A stretch of DNA of 64,000 nucleotides from Candidatus Levyibacteriota bacterium (GCA_016182425.1 JACPGP010000014.1:26846-90845); one strand, 5' to 3'; positions 1 through 10,547 are shown, numbered from the stretch's first letter. Notes: generated by a model from the sequence alone, not told the origin. Numbers and translations are program-made.

Positions 1-14
1 AAAAACGGGGATAT

Positions 15-731
15 TTGGTGATTGTTGTTGATGGAAAAAGTGGTAAGACATTTCAAAAAGAAATAAAAAATATAGAAAATATTATCTTTGTAAGTAGACA
101 AAATCCCAAACGTTCTCCGGCCAAGCGCCAAGCCATCAAAATTGCAGCAAAGCAAGATGGAGTAAAAGTTATTGTACTAACAGAACCAGAAAAGGTTTCT
201 TTAGTAACTGACTGCATTCCTGTTTTGGTGAAGCCAATTTTAGAAGAAAAGGCGGATATTGTTGTGCCAAAACGTAATAATGAGCTTTTTGCTTCAACGC
301 ATCCATCGTATATGTATGAGTCGGAAGTAGAAGGAAACAAGATTTACAATGAAATTTTAAGAATACACGGATTACGTTCTTCGCATGAAGATGATCTTGA
401 TATGTTTTTCGGCCCAAAGGTATTTAGAAATGATAAGAAGATTATCTCACTTTTTATAAAAAAGTATTCTCTTTCTTCACTTCAGTCATCATTCACTAAA
501 GAGTTTTTTGATGTTGAAGATTATTCAAATGTCCTTTATTTTTCTATTGTTTTGGGCCTAAAAAAGCATTTTCGAATTGAAAGTATCACTGTTCCATTTG
601 TATATCCAAAGATTCAGAAAGAAAATGAAGAAAAAGAAAAACTTGCACTCTTTCTCGAAAAAAGGAAAAGTCAGAGACTATCAATTCTAGTTGAGCTTTT
701 ACATTTTGTAAATTACCTACAAAAAGCGTAA
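15..731 (+). CDS. GT-A-like glycosyltransferase-related protein, probably 5'-truncated by the window edge
   Basis: IVVDG and ADIVVPKR segments resemble the GT2 fold; lies at the head of the glycan locus. Confidence 0.5.
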   Translation: MVIVVDGKSGKTFQKEIKNIENIIFVSRQNPKRSPAKRQAIKIAAKQDGVKVIVLTEPEKVSLVTDCIPVLVKPILEEKADIVVPKRNNELFASTHPSYMYESEVEGNKIYNEILRIHGLRSSHEDDLDMFFGPKVFRNDKKIISLFIKKYSLSSLQSSFTKEFFDVEDYSNVLYFSIVLGLKKHFRIESITVPFVYPKIQKENEEKEKLALFLEKRKSQRLSILVELLHFVNYLQKA

Positions 732-740
732 ATTCAGAAT

Positions 741-1274
741 ATGAGAATAGGAATAGATATATCGCAAATTGCATATGAGGGGACAGGAGTTGGAGAATAC
801 TTAAGACAGCTAGTTGAAGAACTTTTGAACCTTGATAGAGATAATGAATACGTTCTCTTTTTCTCGAGTCTTAGGAGAAAAATTCAAAATTCAAAATTCA
901 AAATTCAAAATGATAATCCAAAAGTAAAAATTACAACATTTTTGTTTCCACCTGTCTTGCTTGATCTTCTTTGGAATAGGCTGCATATTTTTCCAATTGA
1001 GTGGCTTATTGGCAATGTTGATGTGTTTATTTCCTCCGACTGGACTCAACCACCAACAAAGGCCAAAAGAGCAACTATTTTGTATGATTTGATTGTCTAT
1101 ATGTATCCAGAGGGGACTGATAAAAAAATAGTATCGGTTCAGAAAAGACGATTGAGTTGGGTAAAAAAAGAATGCGATATTGTCTTTTGTATATCTGAAA
1201 GCACAAAAAAAGACGCTAAAAAGATTTTAGGAATTGATCAAAAAAAACTACATGTAATTTATCCTGGAGTTTAA
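741..1274 (+). CDS. GT4 glycosyltransferase, N-terminal domain only
   Basis: MRIGIDIS..GTGVGEY, TILYDL, CISESTKKD; stops at IYPGV with no C-terminal EGFG domain. Confidence 0.75.
   Translation: MRIGIDISQIAYEGTGVGEYLRQLVEELLNLDRDNEYVLFFSSLRRKIQNSKFKIQNDNPKVKITTFLFPPVLLDLLWNRLHIFPIEWLIGNVDVFISSDWTQPPTKAKRATILYDLIVYMYPEGTDKKIVSVQKRRLSWVKKECDIVFCISESTKKDAKKILGIDQKKLHVIYPGV
880..907 (+). repeat. (AAATTCA)x4 in-frame heptamer array
   Basis: Read directly; encodes KIQNSKFKIQN. Confidence 0.95.
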
Positions 1275-1276
1275 GT

Positions 1277-2389
1277 ATGCTTATTGGTATCGATGGAAAT
1301 GAGGCAAATGTGGAGAAAAGAGTGGGGATTTCGGAATACAACTTCGAACTTCTTAAGAAGTTCGAAGAATTTCATCTGCCAAATCGGCGGATCAAATTTC
1401 AAATTTACCTCAAAAATTCTCCACTGCCTCATATGCCGAAAGAGCGCGATGGGTGGAAATATCGAGTTGTTCGTCCAAAAAAACTTTGGTCGCAAATAGG
1501 ATTGCCGCTTGATTTATATCTTCATAAACCAAGACCAGATGTTTTTTTTAGTCCTACACACTATGCTCCGCGCTTTTCGCCAGTTCCAACGATAATGTCT
1601 ATTATGGACCTTTCATACTTACATTATCCTGAGATGTTCAAAAAGTCAGATCTTTTCCAGCTTCGAAATTGGACATCATACTCAATCAAAAAGGTTGCCA
1701 AGATTTTAACTATTAGCCGTGCTTCTAAAGATGATATAATCAAGGCGTATAAGGTTTTGGAAGATAAGATTGTCGTGACCTATCCGGGAATAAAGCTCAA
1801 AACAACAATGCAAAATTCAAAACTGCTTAAAGAAAAATACAAAATTGATGGAAATTATATTTTATTTGTAGGAACACTGCAGCCAAGAAAGAATATAGTT
1901 AGGTTAATTAAAGCTTTCTCTAAACTTAAAGACAGAAATGCTGTTAATTTAGTTATTGTAGGGAAAAAGGGCTGGATGTACGAAGATATTTTGCGTTCCC
2001 CGAGGCAGTTTAACGTTGAAGATCGTGTGAAATTTCTGGAGTTTGTTTCGGATGAAGATTTATCATTTTTTTATAAAAATGCTCTATTTTTTGTCCTTCC
2101 GAGTTTATACGAAGGGTTTGGACTACCAGTTTTAGAAGCAATGAATTATGGGTGTCCTGTGATAACAAGTAATATCTCAAGCCTGCCGGAAGCAGGCGGA
2201 GATGCGGCGCTTTATGTTGATCCAAAAAATGTCGATGATATAGCCGAAAAAATAGAGTTGTTACTTAACGATGAAAAACTGCGAAAGCAAATGATTGATA
2301 AAGGATATAAACAAGTAAAAAAATTCTCATGGGAGAAAACTGCCAAAGAAACTTTAAAAGTGCTTGAGGAGGTAACAAATGCTAAATAA
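1277..2389 (+). CDS. GT4 glycosyltransferase (WbaZ/MtfB-like)
   Basis: VGTLQPRKN and PSLYEGFGLPVLEAM motifs. Confidence 0.92.
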   Translation: MLIGIDGNEANVEKRVGISEYNFELLKKFEEFHLPNRRIKFQIYLKNSPLPHMPKERDGWKYRVVRPKKLWSQIGLPLDLYLHKPRPDVFFSPTHYAPRFSPVPTIMSIMDLSYLHYPEMFKKSDLFQLRNWTSYSIKKVAKILTISRASKDDIIKAYKVLEDKIVVTYPGIKLKTTMQNSKLLKEKYKIDGNYILFVGTLQPRKNIVRLIKAFSKLKDRNAVNLVIVGKKGWMYEDILRSPRQFNVEDRVKFLEFVSDEDLSFFYKNALFFVLPSLYEGFGLPVLEAMNYGCPVITSNISSLPEAGGDAALYVDPKNVDDIAEKIELLLNDEKLRKQMIDKGYKQVKKFSWEKTAKETLKVLEEVTNAK

Positions 2390-2933
2390 AATTATAAGGA
2401 GAACTAATGCTGTTTTTTTAGAATTTGAGGTTTTAATTCTTCATTGTGTTGGATATATCCCATCTCATCACATTAGACGTTTTTTTTATCGTCTGGCAGG
2501 AGTAAAAATTGGTAAAGGTTCTACAGTTCACACTGGCGCACGATTCTATAACCCAAAGAACATAAGTATCGGAAACGATTCTATTATTGGAGAGGGGGCA
2601 GTTTTAGATGGGAGAGCAAGACTTGCTATTGGCGATCATGTGGATATTGCAACTGATGTAATGATCTATAACTGCGAGCATGATGTAAATAGTTCCGATT
2701 TTGCTCCAGTTTGTGGCCATGTTATTATTGAGGACTATGTATTTATTGGTCCGCGAGTAATTATTTTACCTGGGGTAGTAATTGGTAAAGGAGCTGTTGT
2801 TGCAGCAGGTGCAGTGGTCACAAAAAATGTTGACGCATTCACAATTGTTGGGGGTGTGCCTGCAAAAGTTATCGGAGAAAGAAAAGTAAAAGATTTACAT
2901 TACAAACTTGGACGAGCTGCCTGGTTTCGATAG
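2379..2933 (+). CDS. Hexapeptide-repeat O-acyltransferase
   Basis: IEDYVFIGPRVIILPGVVIGKGAVVAAGAVV..GGVPAK. Confidence 0.9.
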   Translation: MLNKIIRRTNAVFLEFEVLILHCVGYIPSHHIRRFFYRLAGVKIGKGSTVHTGARFYNPKNISIGNDSIIGEGAVLDGRARLAIGDHVDIATDVMIYNCEHDVNSSDFAPVCGHVIIEDYVFIGPRVIILPGVVIGKGAVVAAGAVVTKNVDAFTIVGGVPAKVIGERKVKDLHYKLGRAAWFR

Positions 2934-2940
2934 GTGAGAT

Positions 2941-3822
2941 ATGGTTGTATTATCAGTCATTATTCTAAATTATAATACTAAAGATTTAACAAAACAATGT
3001 CTAACATCGCTAGAAAATCATTATCGGGAAGAATTAAGAAAAGGAGTATTTGAAATTATTGTTGTTGATAATGCATCGACCGATACTTCGGCATCGGTAA
3101 TCTCAAATCTCAAATCTCAAATCTCAAATCTTACATTGATCAAAAATAAAGAAAATGTTGGATTTTCAAAAGGAAATAATATAGGAGCAAAAAATGCAAA
3201 AGGGAGATATTTATTGTTTTTAAATTCCGATACCGAAGTAGGAGATAATGGCTTACTTAGTGCGGTTTCATATGTAGAAGAACATAAAGATATTGGTGTT
3301 TTGGGCGCCAAATTACGTAACGCGGATGGTTTTGATCAGGCTTCTACCGGAAAATTTTATACCATAGGGAACGTTTTTTTAATGCTTTTTTTGGGTGAGC
3401 GATTCGGTTTATTACGCACCAGTCCAAAAACAATATCTGAAGTAGACTGGGTGAGTGGGGCGGCGCTATTGATAAGAAAAAAATTGTTTGATCAGCTTGG
3501 TGGGTTTGATGATCATTTTTTTATGTATATGGAAGATATGGAGCTTTGCTATCGCGTCAAAAAAATTAGCTATCAGGTTGTTTTTTATCCATACACAGTT
3601 ATTTATCATAAGGAGCTAGGCAGCTCGAATAGGGGTTTTGCAATTGCACATATTTATAAAGGACTTCTTTACTTTTACAAGAAACATATGAATTATATTC
3701 AGTATGTAATAGTTAAGATGTTGCTTATTACAAAAGCCTATGTCGCTATTGCTATTGGCATCTTTACTAATAATACATATTTAAGATCAACGTATAGACA
3801 AGCTCTGGCTTTTTCGCTATGA
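2941..3822 (+). CDS. GT2 glycosyltransferase (WbbL-like)
   Basis: VVDNASTD, NVGFSKGNN, FLNSD, FFMYMED. Confidence 0.92.
   Translation: MVVLSVIILNYNTKDLTKQCLTSLENHYREELRKGVFEIIVVDNASTDTSASVISNLKSQISNLTLIKNKENVGFSKGNNIGAKNAKGRYLLFLNSDTEVGDNGLLSAVSYVEEHKDIGVLGAKLRNADGFDQASTGKFYTIGNVFLMLFLGERFGLLRTSPKTISEVDWVSGAALLIRKKLFDQLGGFDDHFFMYMEDMELCYRVKKISYQVVFYPYTVIYHKELGSSNRGFAIAHIYKGLLYFYKKHMNYIQYVIVKMLLITKAYVAIAIGIFTNNTYLRSTYRQALAFSL
3099..3133 (+). repeat. (AATCTCA)x4 plus AATCTTA in-frame heptamer array
   Basis: Read directly; encodes ISNLKSQISNL. Confidence 0.95.
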
Positions 3823-6800
3823 AAATATTCCGTTTTGTTACCGATAATATCTTGTTTATTCTGACGCTTTTTCTGCTAACGTTTATTCCGTTATATCCTA
3901 AATTGCCCCTCTTAGATGTCAGAAACACATGGGTTTATATTCGAGCAGAAGATTTCGTCGTTGTTTTTGTTCTTTTAGTTTGGTTGCTGCTTCTTATTAG
4001 AAAAAAAATAACATTAAGAACCCCTTTGACATTTCCTATTATTCTTTTTTGGATTATCGGGGCAATTGCCACTATTCATGGTGTACTTTTAATATTTCCA
4101 GTCATAGCAGGGTCTGGTGTCCATACAAATGTAGCATTCTTAAGTTTTTTGCGCAGAATTGAGTATGTAAGTTTATTCTTTGTTGCTTATTCCGGGATAA
4201 AAGATAAACGATCGATTCCTTATGTTGTCGCGGTGATGACGGGGACTCTTATTTTGATTATCGCATATGGCTTTGGGCAAAAATTTTATGGATTCCCCGC
4301 CTATTTGACAATGAATGAAGAATTCGCGAAGGGAATACCCATACGGCTTTCTGAGTTGTCGCGGGTTCCCTCCACTTTTGCCGGCCATTACGATCTGGCC
4401 GCGTATTTGGTTTTGGTGATTCCTATCTTAACAAGCATGATATTCGGATTTAAAAACTGGTTTGTAAAGTTACCTCTTTTGGTAACAATTTCTTTTGGGT
4501 TTGTTCTTCTTTTTATGACGGTATCTCGAGTGTCGTTTTTTGTTCTTTTAATTTCTATGATTTTGGTATTTCTTTTTCAAAAAAAGAGATTGATTATTCT
4601 TTTTCTTTTTATGATAGCCTTCGTATTTTTAAGTTTTTCTTCAAGTCTTCTGCAGCGTTTTGGAGATACGGTTAAAGAGGTTGATGTATTGGTTGACGCA
4701 CAGACAGGAGAGGCAATTGGACATGTAAAAGATATTGAGGCTTCCTATTTTAAGGATAAAATCATTAAAAGAAAATTCGCTCAGACCAAAGACGAAATTA
4801 TCAGGCCGATAGAAGATGAAAAACAGGCTACTTCTTCTGCAAAGGTTCTTTTTACGCAGCTTCCACCGAAAGTGGCGCTTGTTGTCGAATCGAATGCTCC
4901 CACCGGAGAAAATCTGCCACAAGGTACCAGCTATATAAATCTGCCGCTTTCGCCTGTCACCAAAAAATTGGGACAGTTTTTTTACCAAAAATCAAAAGAT
5001 GACAAAACAGCGGAATCTTCTGAAATATTTAGTATTCACGGAGATTTTTTGGTAAAAAAGGCAGTAGCCTATGATCTTTCGTTTACCACCAGATTTCAGG
5101 GGGAATGGCCGCAGGCAATAGATGCGTTTAAGAGAAACATTTTATTTGGAAGCGGATACTCATCGGTTGGACTTGCTGTTGATAACAACTATCTGCGTAT
5201 TTTGGGAGAAGTAGGATTGTTGGGTTTTTCTTCTTTTTTGGCGATATTTTTATTTGCTGGAATTTACATAAAGAAAGTATTACCCGAGGTTGATTCTTTG
5301 GTGGTTAAAAGTTTTATTTTGGGCATGGCTGCAGGTGTCGTTGGTTTAGCCCTAAACGCAGTATTTATTGATGTTTTTGAGGCGTCGAAAATTGCTTTTT
5401 TCCTCTGGCTTTTGCTGGGAGTTACTATTGGAGTACTACATTTGTACCAAAAGAGCGATTTAGATTTTTATAGAGAGTGTAAAAAAGTGACAACCTCTTC
5501 CTCTGCAATTGCTATCTACTTATTTATTATTACAGTTGTAGTATTTTTACCTATTTCTAATTATTTTTTTGTTGGTGATGATTTTACTTGGTTTCGATGG
5601 ATTGCCGATTGCAATATCGGAAATTCCAATGTGCAAGAATGTCCATCAATAACGACCAGAATTATTAGCTATTTCACAGACGCGAATGGGTTTTTTTATC
5701 GGCCGGGAACAAAAGTGTATTTTTTACTGATGTACTCGGGTTTTTGGCTTAATCAAACGTTATATCATATGGTTTCTGTTTTTCTCCATTTTATTGTAGC
5801 AATGCTTCTTTTTTTGATTGCCAAGAAGGTTTTGAGAGATTCTTTTATATCTGCTCTTTCGGCTTTTTTATTTCTTATTTTAAGCGGATATTTCGAAGCG
5901 GTTTTTTGGATTTCTTCAACTGGTTTTCTCTTTAATGCGGTGTTTGCGCTTCTTAGTTTGCTTTTCTTTATTTTGTGGAAAGAAAAAAATAAAATTGTTT
6001 ATTTTATTTTTTGTTTATTCTCTATCATTTTCAGTCTTTTGTTTCATGAGCTGGGAGTAATCACTCCTCTTTTTATCATCCTTTATGAATATGTAACCGA
6101 AGAAAAGTTTATATTCAGGATAGCTTTTAGAGGTGTTTACTACCTAATATTATTTTTCCCTATCCTTCCATATCTGGCTTTACGCTTTTTTGCCCAGAGT
6201 CATTGGTTTAGCGGTGATTACAGTTATAATTTATTAAAGCTTCCTTACAATATTGTTGGTAATGCCATTGGGTATATTATGCTTGCTTTTTTTGGCCCCG
6301 CCTCTTTTCCCATTTATCAGTCGTTGCGGAGTTTTTCTAGAGAGCATATAGTATTTAGCGGAGTTGTTTCCTTGATAATGCTTTATCTAGCCGTTAAGGC
6401 ATATAGAATAATCATTTGGAAAATGACTAAAGATGAGCAAAAAATTGTTATTTTCGGTTCTTTGTTTTTCTTGATAGCGCTTCTGCCATTTTTAGGCTTG
6501 GGAAATATCACTTCTCGATATAGTTATTTATCGTCTATAGGATTTGTGATTCTTTTTTCATTTTTTCTTAAAAAATTATATTTTTATTTACGAAGCAACG
6601 GTCAATACATTGCGCTTTTGAGTGTTATAATGATAGGAAGCATATTTTTTCTTATCCATGTCATTCAGCTGCAAAAAATTCATGAAGATTGGCATGGAGC
6701 AGGTGAGAAAGCGAAGAGATTTTTTATATCAATGGACAGAGTATACATTAATGAGTGGACAAAGGAACATTTACAGTTTTATTTTGTTAATGTGCCAATT

Positions 6801-7001
6801 CGGTACGCAGATGCGTGGGTATTTCCGGTTGGTTTAAACGATGCCTTATGGTTTGTCTTTAGGAATCAATACATTCGTGTCTATCAAATCGATTCGGTTA
6901 ACCAGGCGATTACTGCCATAGAAGATCCCAAAACCCAAAAAGTGTTTGAATTTGACGATAGCGGAAAAGTTGTGGAAAGAAGGATTGCGACATTTCAATG
7001 A
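3819..7001 (+). CDS. Large membrane protein: O-antigen ligase/Wzy_C-like domain fused to a GT-C (PMT-like) domain
   Basis: N half has RVPSTF..YL, TVSR, FGSGY..VDNNYLRILGEVGLLG; C half has GDDF, FYRP, YH, HE and SRYSY motifs. Confidence 0.7.
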   Translation: MKIFRFVTDNILFILTLFLLTFIPLYPKLPLLDVRNTWVYIRAEDFVVVFVLLVWLLLLIRKKITLRTPLTFPIILFWIIGAIATIHGVLLIFPVIAGSGVHTNVAFLSFLRRIEYVSLFFVAYSGIKDKRSIPYVVAVMTGTLILIIAYGFGQKFYGFPAYLTMNEEFAKGIPIRLSELSRVPSTFAGHYDLAAYLVLVIPILTSMIFGFKNWFVKLPLLVTISFGFVLLFMTVSRVSFFVLLISMILVFLFQKKRLIILFLFMIAFVFLSFSSSLLQRFGDTVKEVDVLVDAQTGEAIGHVKDIEASYFKDKIIKRKFAQTKDEIIRPIEDEKQATSSAKVLFTQLPPKVALVVESNAPTGENLPQGTSYINLPLSPVTKKLGQFFYQKSKDDKTAESSEIFSIHGDFLVKKAVAYDLSFTTRFQGEWPQAIDAFKRNILFGSGYSSVGLAVDNNYLRILGEVGLLGFSSFLAIFLFAGIYIKKVLPEVDSLVVKSFILGMAAGVVGLALNAVFIDVFEASKIAFFLWLLLGVTIGVLHLYQKSDLDFYRECKKVTTSSSAIAIYLFIITVVVFLPISNYFFVGDDFTWFRWIADCNIGNSNVQECPSITTRIISYFTDANGFFYRPGTKVYFLLMYSGFWLNQTLYHMVSVFLHFIVAMLLFLIAKKVLRDSFISALSAFLFLILSGYFEAVFWISSTGFLFNAVFALLSLLFFILWKEKNKIVYFIFCLFSIIFSLLFHELGVITPLFIILYEYVTEEKFIFRIAFRGVYYLILFFPILPYLALRFFAQSHWFSGDYSYNLLKLPYNIVGNAIGYIMLAFFGPASFPIYQSLRSFSREHIVFSGVVSLIMLYLAVKAYRIIIWKMTKDEQKIVIFGSLFFLIALLPFLGLGNITSRYSYLSSIGFVILFSFFLKKLYFYLRSNGQYIALLSVIMIGSIFFLIHVIQLQKIHEDWHGAGEKAKRFFISMDRVYINEWTKEHLQFYFVNVPIRYADAWVFPVGLNDALWFVFRNQYIRVYQIDSVNQAITAIEDPKTQKVFEFDDSGKVVERRIATFQ

Positions 7002-8473
7002 AAAAGAGAGAGTTTTTTTTGTTAACGCTGGTTATTTTGGGCGCGTTTGCTGTTAGATTATATCGGTTTAACGGCCCGGTTGCAGATTGGCATTCATGGA
7101 GACAATCCGATACTGCTGCGGTTTCTCGGAATTTTTTAAAATTTGGTTTTGATGTGTTGCATCCCAGATTTGATGACTTATCAAATGGCGTTTCTCTTTT
7201 AGATAATCCACAAGGGTACAGATTTGTCGAGTTTCCATTCTATAATGTTTTGCAGGCGGGGTTATTTCGTCTTTTTGATCGTTTTACAATCGAGCAGTGG
7301 GGACGGCTGGTCACAAACATTTCGGCAGTTATTGGCATTATTTTTCTTTATTTGCTGGTTAGACTGCATGTTTCCTGGCAAGCAGCGATATTTGCGGCGC
7401 TTTTCTATGCAGTTGTTCCTTATAATGTTTACTATGGAAGAGTGATCTTACCGGATCAGTTGATGACAAGCATGATGCTTGGCTCCATATATTTTTTTGA
7501 CGTCTGGATAGAAAAAAAATATAAATTACTCCTTACACTTTCGGCTGTTTTTTTTGCCACAGCTCTTTTAATAAAACCATACGTTTTATTTTTTGGACTG
7601 TCTATTTTTTACCTGATATACAGGAAATATGGACTAGATTTTGTAAAGAAAAAAGAACTGTGGTTTTTTCTTATATTATCTTTTCTCCCCTTTTTTTTAT
7701 GGAGATGGTGGATGCAGCATTACCCGGAGGGCATACCCCGTAACGATTGGTTATATAACGGAAACGAGATTCGATTTAAGATTGCATTTTTCTGGTGGAT
7801 TTTTGCCGAAAGAATTGCCAAAATTATGCTTGGATACTGGGGTTTGCCAATTGTTATTTTGGGAATCTTGGGTAAAGTAAAAGAGAAAGAAGGATTCTTT
7901 TTTTTAACATTTATCATCTCGTCCCTGGCATATTTGACAGTGTTTGCTACTGGAAATGTGCAACATGAGTATTATCAAATACTTATTGTTCCCACGCTGG
8001 CAATATTTTTTGGAAAAGGTGTTGACGTTTTTTTATCTCTGTCTCAAAAAGAATTTAGCCGTACTATTGGAATAGCTGCGCTGGGCGGGTGTTTTGGTTT
8101 TATGCTTATTTTTAGTTGGCGGGAGATTAGAGCATATTATAATATCAATCACCCGGAAATTATTGAAGCTGGCCGTGCCATAGATAAGCTTACTCCAAAA
8201 GACGCAAAGATTATCGCTATTTATAATGGTGATACAACGTTTCTCTACCATACCAATCGTCAAGGTTGGCCAGTATGGGAAAGACCGCTCTATGAATTTA
8301 TAAAGGCCGGGGCAGGCTACATTACGTTTGTGAATCCTACAAAAGATGAATTAGGTTTTGGAAAACATTACACTACTCTTGCCAGAACTGAAAAGTATGT
8401 TATATTTGATTTAACAAGGCCTCTCTATTTTCCGCCACTGCACGAAGTTGAAGCGTCACAATCGGCAAAATAA
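6998..8473 (+). CDS. GT-C (ArnT/PMT_2-like) membrane glycosyltransferase
   Basis: DWHSWRQSDT, EFPFY, GR, LLIKP, HEYY motifs; multiple TM segments. Confidence 0.8.
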   Translation: MKKREFFLLTLVILGAFAVRLYRFNGPVADWHSWRQSDTAAVSRNFLKFGFDVLHPRFDDLSNGVSLLDNPQGYRFVEFPFYNVLQAGLFRLFDRFTIEQWGRLVTNISAVIGIIFLYLLVRLHVSWQAAIFAALFYAVVPYNVYYGRVILPDQLMTSMMLGSIYFFDVWIEKKYKLLLTLSAVFFATALLIKPYVLFFGLSIFYLIYRKYGLDFVKKKELWFFLILSFLPFFLWRWWMQHYPEGIPRNDWLYNGNEIRFKIAFFWWIFAERIAKIMLGYWGLPIVILGILGKVKEKEGFFFLTFIISSLAYLTVFATGNVQHEYYQILIVPTLAIFFGKGVDVFLSLSQKEFSRTIGIAALGGCFGFMLIFSWREIRAYYNINHPEIIEAGRAIDKLTPKDAKIIAIYNGDTTFLYHTNRQGWPVWERPLYEFIKAGAGYITFVNPTKDELGFGKHYTTLARTEKYVIFDLTRPLYFPPLHEVEASQSAK

Positions 8474-8476
8474 TGT

Positions 8477-9664
8477 ATGAAAATACTTATTGTTTCCTCT
8501 TTTCTTCCATATCCTCTTTTTTCTGGTGGACATGTCAGGCTTTTTAATCTTATTAAGGAGTTAGCGACAAAACATGAATTGACTATTGTTTGTGAAAAGA
8601 GATCACACCAAACAGATGCAGATATTATGGCAGTTAAGAGGTACTGCCAAACGCTCATTACCGTTGAGAGAAAGAAGCAGTGGTCGTTTCCCAATGTTTT
8701 TAGGACTGGTTTTTCTCCATTTCCATTTCTTCTGGTTGGACACACGAATGATGAAATGAGGCGAGCTATTATTAGACTTATTAATGAAAAATCATTTGAT
8801 CTTATTCATGTGGAAACGTTTTATGTCATGCAGAATATTCCAGACACCCCTCTCCCTGTTGTCTTAGTAGAACACAACATTGAGTATCTAGTATATAAAC
8901 GATATACAAAGATGGCTCCTTTTTTGTTTAGGCCCTTATTATATTTTGATGTTGCGAAACTTAAATATTGGGAAGAGATTTATTGGAGCAAGGCGACAAA
9001 ATTAGTAGCAGTATCGGAGGAAGAAAAAAAATTAATGAATAGAGAAGATGTGGAAGTCGTGTCAAATGGTGTAGATATACAAAAATTCAGAATTCAGAAT
9101 TCAGAATTCAGAATTAATAAAAAGGAGAAAAGAATATTATTCATTGGGGATTTTAAATGGTTACAGAATCGGGATGCTGTAGGGTGGATACTAAACGAAA
9201 TTTGGCCGGAAATAAAATCAAAAATAGAAGCGAAACTGTGGATTGTGGGGAAGGATATTCCTGATTCAATTAAAAAATTGTCGAGTGACCAAAATGTTAT
9301 TTTTGATGAAAATGCGCCAAAAGAGACTGCTGAAATTTTTGCCAAGGCAGATGTGCTTCTGGCCCCGATTAGAGTTGGGGGCGGAACGAGTTATAAAATA
9401 TTAGAAGCAATGGCAAGCGGTGTTCCTGTTATTACAACACCATTGGGTAGAGAGGGGATTGATGCAAAGGACAGGCAAGAAATTTTGCTGGCAGAGGATA
9501 CAGATGAATTTGTTAAAAATATTGTCGATATTTTTGATAATGAAAAACTCTATAAAAAAATCGCGCATAATTCCAGAAAACTAATTGAGGAAAAATATGA
9601 TTGGAAAATAATTGTAAAAAAACTTGAAGATGTTTATCGAGATGCAATTACTACGTATGATTAA
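8477..9664 (+). CDS. GT4 glycosyltransferase
   Basis: PYPLFSGG and APIRVGGGTSYKILEAMASGVPVITT. Confidence 0.92.
   Translation: MKILIVSSFLPYPLFSGGHVRLFNLIKELATKHELTIVCEKRSHQTDADIMAVKRYCQTLITVERKKQWSFPNVFRTGFSPFPFLLVGHTNDEMRRAIIRLINEKSFDLIHVETFYVMQNIPDTPLPVVLVEHNIEYLVYKRYTKMAPFLFRPLLYFDVAKLKYWEEIYWSKATKLVAVSEEEKKLMNREDVEVVSNGVDIQKFRIQNSEFRINKKEKRILFIGDFKWLQNRDAVGWILNEIWPEIKSKIEAKLWIVGKDIPDSIKKLSSDQNVIFDENAPKETAEIFAKADVLLAPIRVGGGTSYKILEAMASGVPVITTPLGREGIDAKDRQEILLAEDTDEFVKNIVDIFDNEKLYKKIAHNSRKLIEEKYDWKIIVKKLEDVYRDAITTYD
9083..9117 (+). repeat. AAATTCA (GAATTCA)x3 GAATTAA heptamer array
   Basis: Read directly; encodes KFRIQNSEFRIN. Confidence 0.95.
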
Positions 9665-10547
9665 ATTATCTATTATTATTGTTTCATATAATACAAAAGA
9701 TATTTTACAAGCATGCCTCGAGTCTGTTTATAGAAATCTTCCTAAAGATGCAACTGAAGTTATTGTTGTTGATAATGCATCAACTGATGGCTCAGTAGAA
9801 ATGGTGGAAAAAGAATTCCCAAAAGTTATTGCAATAGAAAATAAGGAAAATGTTGGATTTTCAAAAGCAAATAATATTGGCCTTAAAAAGGCGGAAGGAA
9901 AATATATATTATTTCTTAATTCGGATACAGTCGTGTGTAAAAATACGCTTGATGAGATGATTGTATTTATGGATTCGTATCCACATGCGGGGGCTGCAAC
10001 GTGTCGAGTCGAACTAGCAAATGGCAGGCTAGACGATGCTTCACATAGAGGGTTTCCAACTCCTTGGAATGCATTTTGTCATTTCTCTGGGTTATCGAGA
10101 ATTTTTCCTAAGTCTCGGATTTTCGCTGGATATTCTATGGGATGGGAAGATTTATCAAAAATCCACGAAATTGATGCATGCGCAGGTGCGTTTATAATTG
10201 TAAGAAGAATAGCTGGAGAAGAAGTTAATTGGTGGGACGAGGATTTTTTTTGGTATGGAGACGATTTAGATTTTTGTTATAGATTGAAAGAGAAAGGGTG
10301 GAAGATATATTTCGTTCCGACTATTTCAATTATGCATTACAAAGGGGTTTCTTCGGGTATCAAAGAGATCTCTGAACATCTTACAACAGCAGATAAAGAT
10401 ACAAAGAGACGTGCGACAGAAGCTCGCTTTGAAGCAATGAAGATTTTTTACAAAAAACATTACCAAAAAAAATATCCCAAATTTTTTACGTGGTTAGTGT
10501 TGAAAGGGGTTGATTTGTTATACTACAAACATGCGAATCGGGATTGA
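9657..10547 (+). CDS. GT2 glycosyltransferase (WbbL-like)
   Basis: Start moved to ATG 9657 (MIKLSIIIVSYN); VDNASTDGS, FLNSD, DEDFFWYGDD. Confidence 0.92.
   Translation: MIKLSIIIVSYNTKDILQACLESVYRNLPKDATEVIVVDNASTDGSVEMVEKEFPKVIAIENKENVGFSKANNIGLKKAEGKYILFLNSDTVVCKNTLDEMIVFMDSYPHAGAATCRVELANGRLDDASHRGFPTPWNAFCHFSGLSRIFPKSRIFAGYSMGWEDLSKIHEIDACAGAFIIVRRIAGEEVNWWDEDFFWYGDDLDFCYRLKEKGWKIYFVPTISIMHYKGVSSGIKEISEHLTTADKDTKRRATEARFEAMKIFYKKHYQKKYPKFFTWLVLKGVDLLYYKHANRD

Noticed and set aside
2181..2197. GCCTGC-CGGAA-GCAGGC inverted repeat
   Set aside because: Encodes the conserved GT4 motif SLPEAG and shows no indel signature
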